From contig CAXTYC010000060.1 in NCBI GenBank assembly GCA_964248365.1, positions 1-15,342 on the forward strand: DNA of 15,342 nucleotides. Direction: 5' to 3'. Under the pieces are notes generated by a model. It saw only the letters and a program-made list of their open reading frames with translations, had not been told where the DNA came from and made no database searches. Of the stretch, positions 15,226 to 15,342 are shown piece by piece. The stretch is from an uncultured Chroococcidiopsis sp. (lineage in GTDB: Bacteria > Cyanobacteriota > Cyanobacteriia > Cyanobacteriales > Chroococcidiopsidaceae). Numbering within the stretch: position 1 is the stretch's first letter; each line of letters opens with the position of its first letter. The position numbers were made by a program, and so were the translations under genes.

Positions 15226-15342
15226 GCTCGCAGCACCCCGCACGCGCCGCTGACCTTGAATGATGAACAAAAAAATAAGGCAAGGTCCAAGCCCGAATGG
15301 CACTAAGAAAAGCCGAAACGCTTGTGGTTTAAGCAGTTTGCA

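Overview
This window looks like most or all of a small mobilizable cyanobacterial plasmid; it has four HIP1 GCGATCGC octamers and no housekeeping genes. The backbone is: a compact tyrosine recombinase with a lox/dif-like site in its promoter region; a divergent ribbon-helix-helix (RHH) gene; a MOB-P-type mobilisation region (relaxase, mobC, oriT, and a divergent TraK/L/M-like trio); a second RHH-HTH gene; a 692-aa primase-polymerase-like Rep; a 52-aa CopG-like gene missed by the ORF track; and an HTH + PIN toxin-antitoxin pair. The cargo is a 538-aa probably secreted protein followed by a multi-TM membrane protein. The most unusual observations are four. (1) A candidate programmed -1 frameshift at the end of the RHH gene (SD-like GGAG, G5 run, 6-nt spacer, perfect 10-bp stem) leads into an unannotated, protein-like frame. 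(2) A ~220-nt plus-strand structured element between copG and rep has three repeated hairpins sharing a UUUCUYAGG loop motif. (3) 10-bp operator-like repeats occur both upstream of and inside the RHH gene. (4) The relaxase tail is interrupted by two in-frame stops. All family assignments come from motif recognition by eye; no database searches were run.
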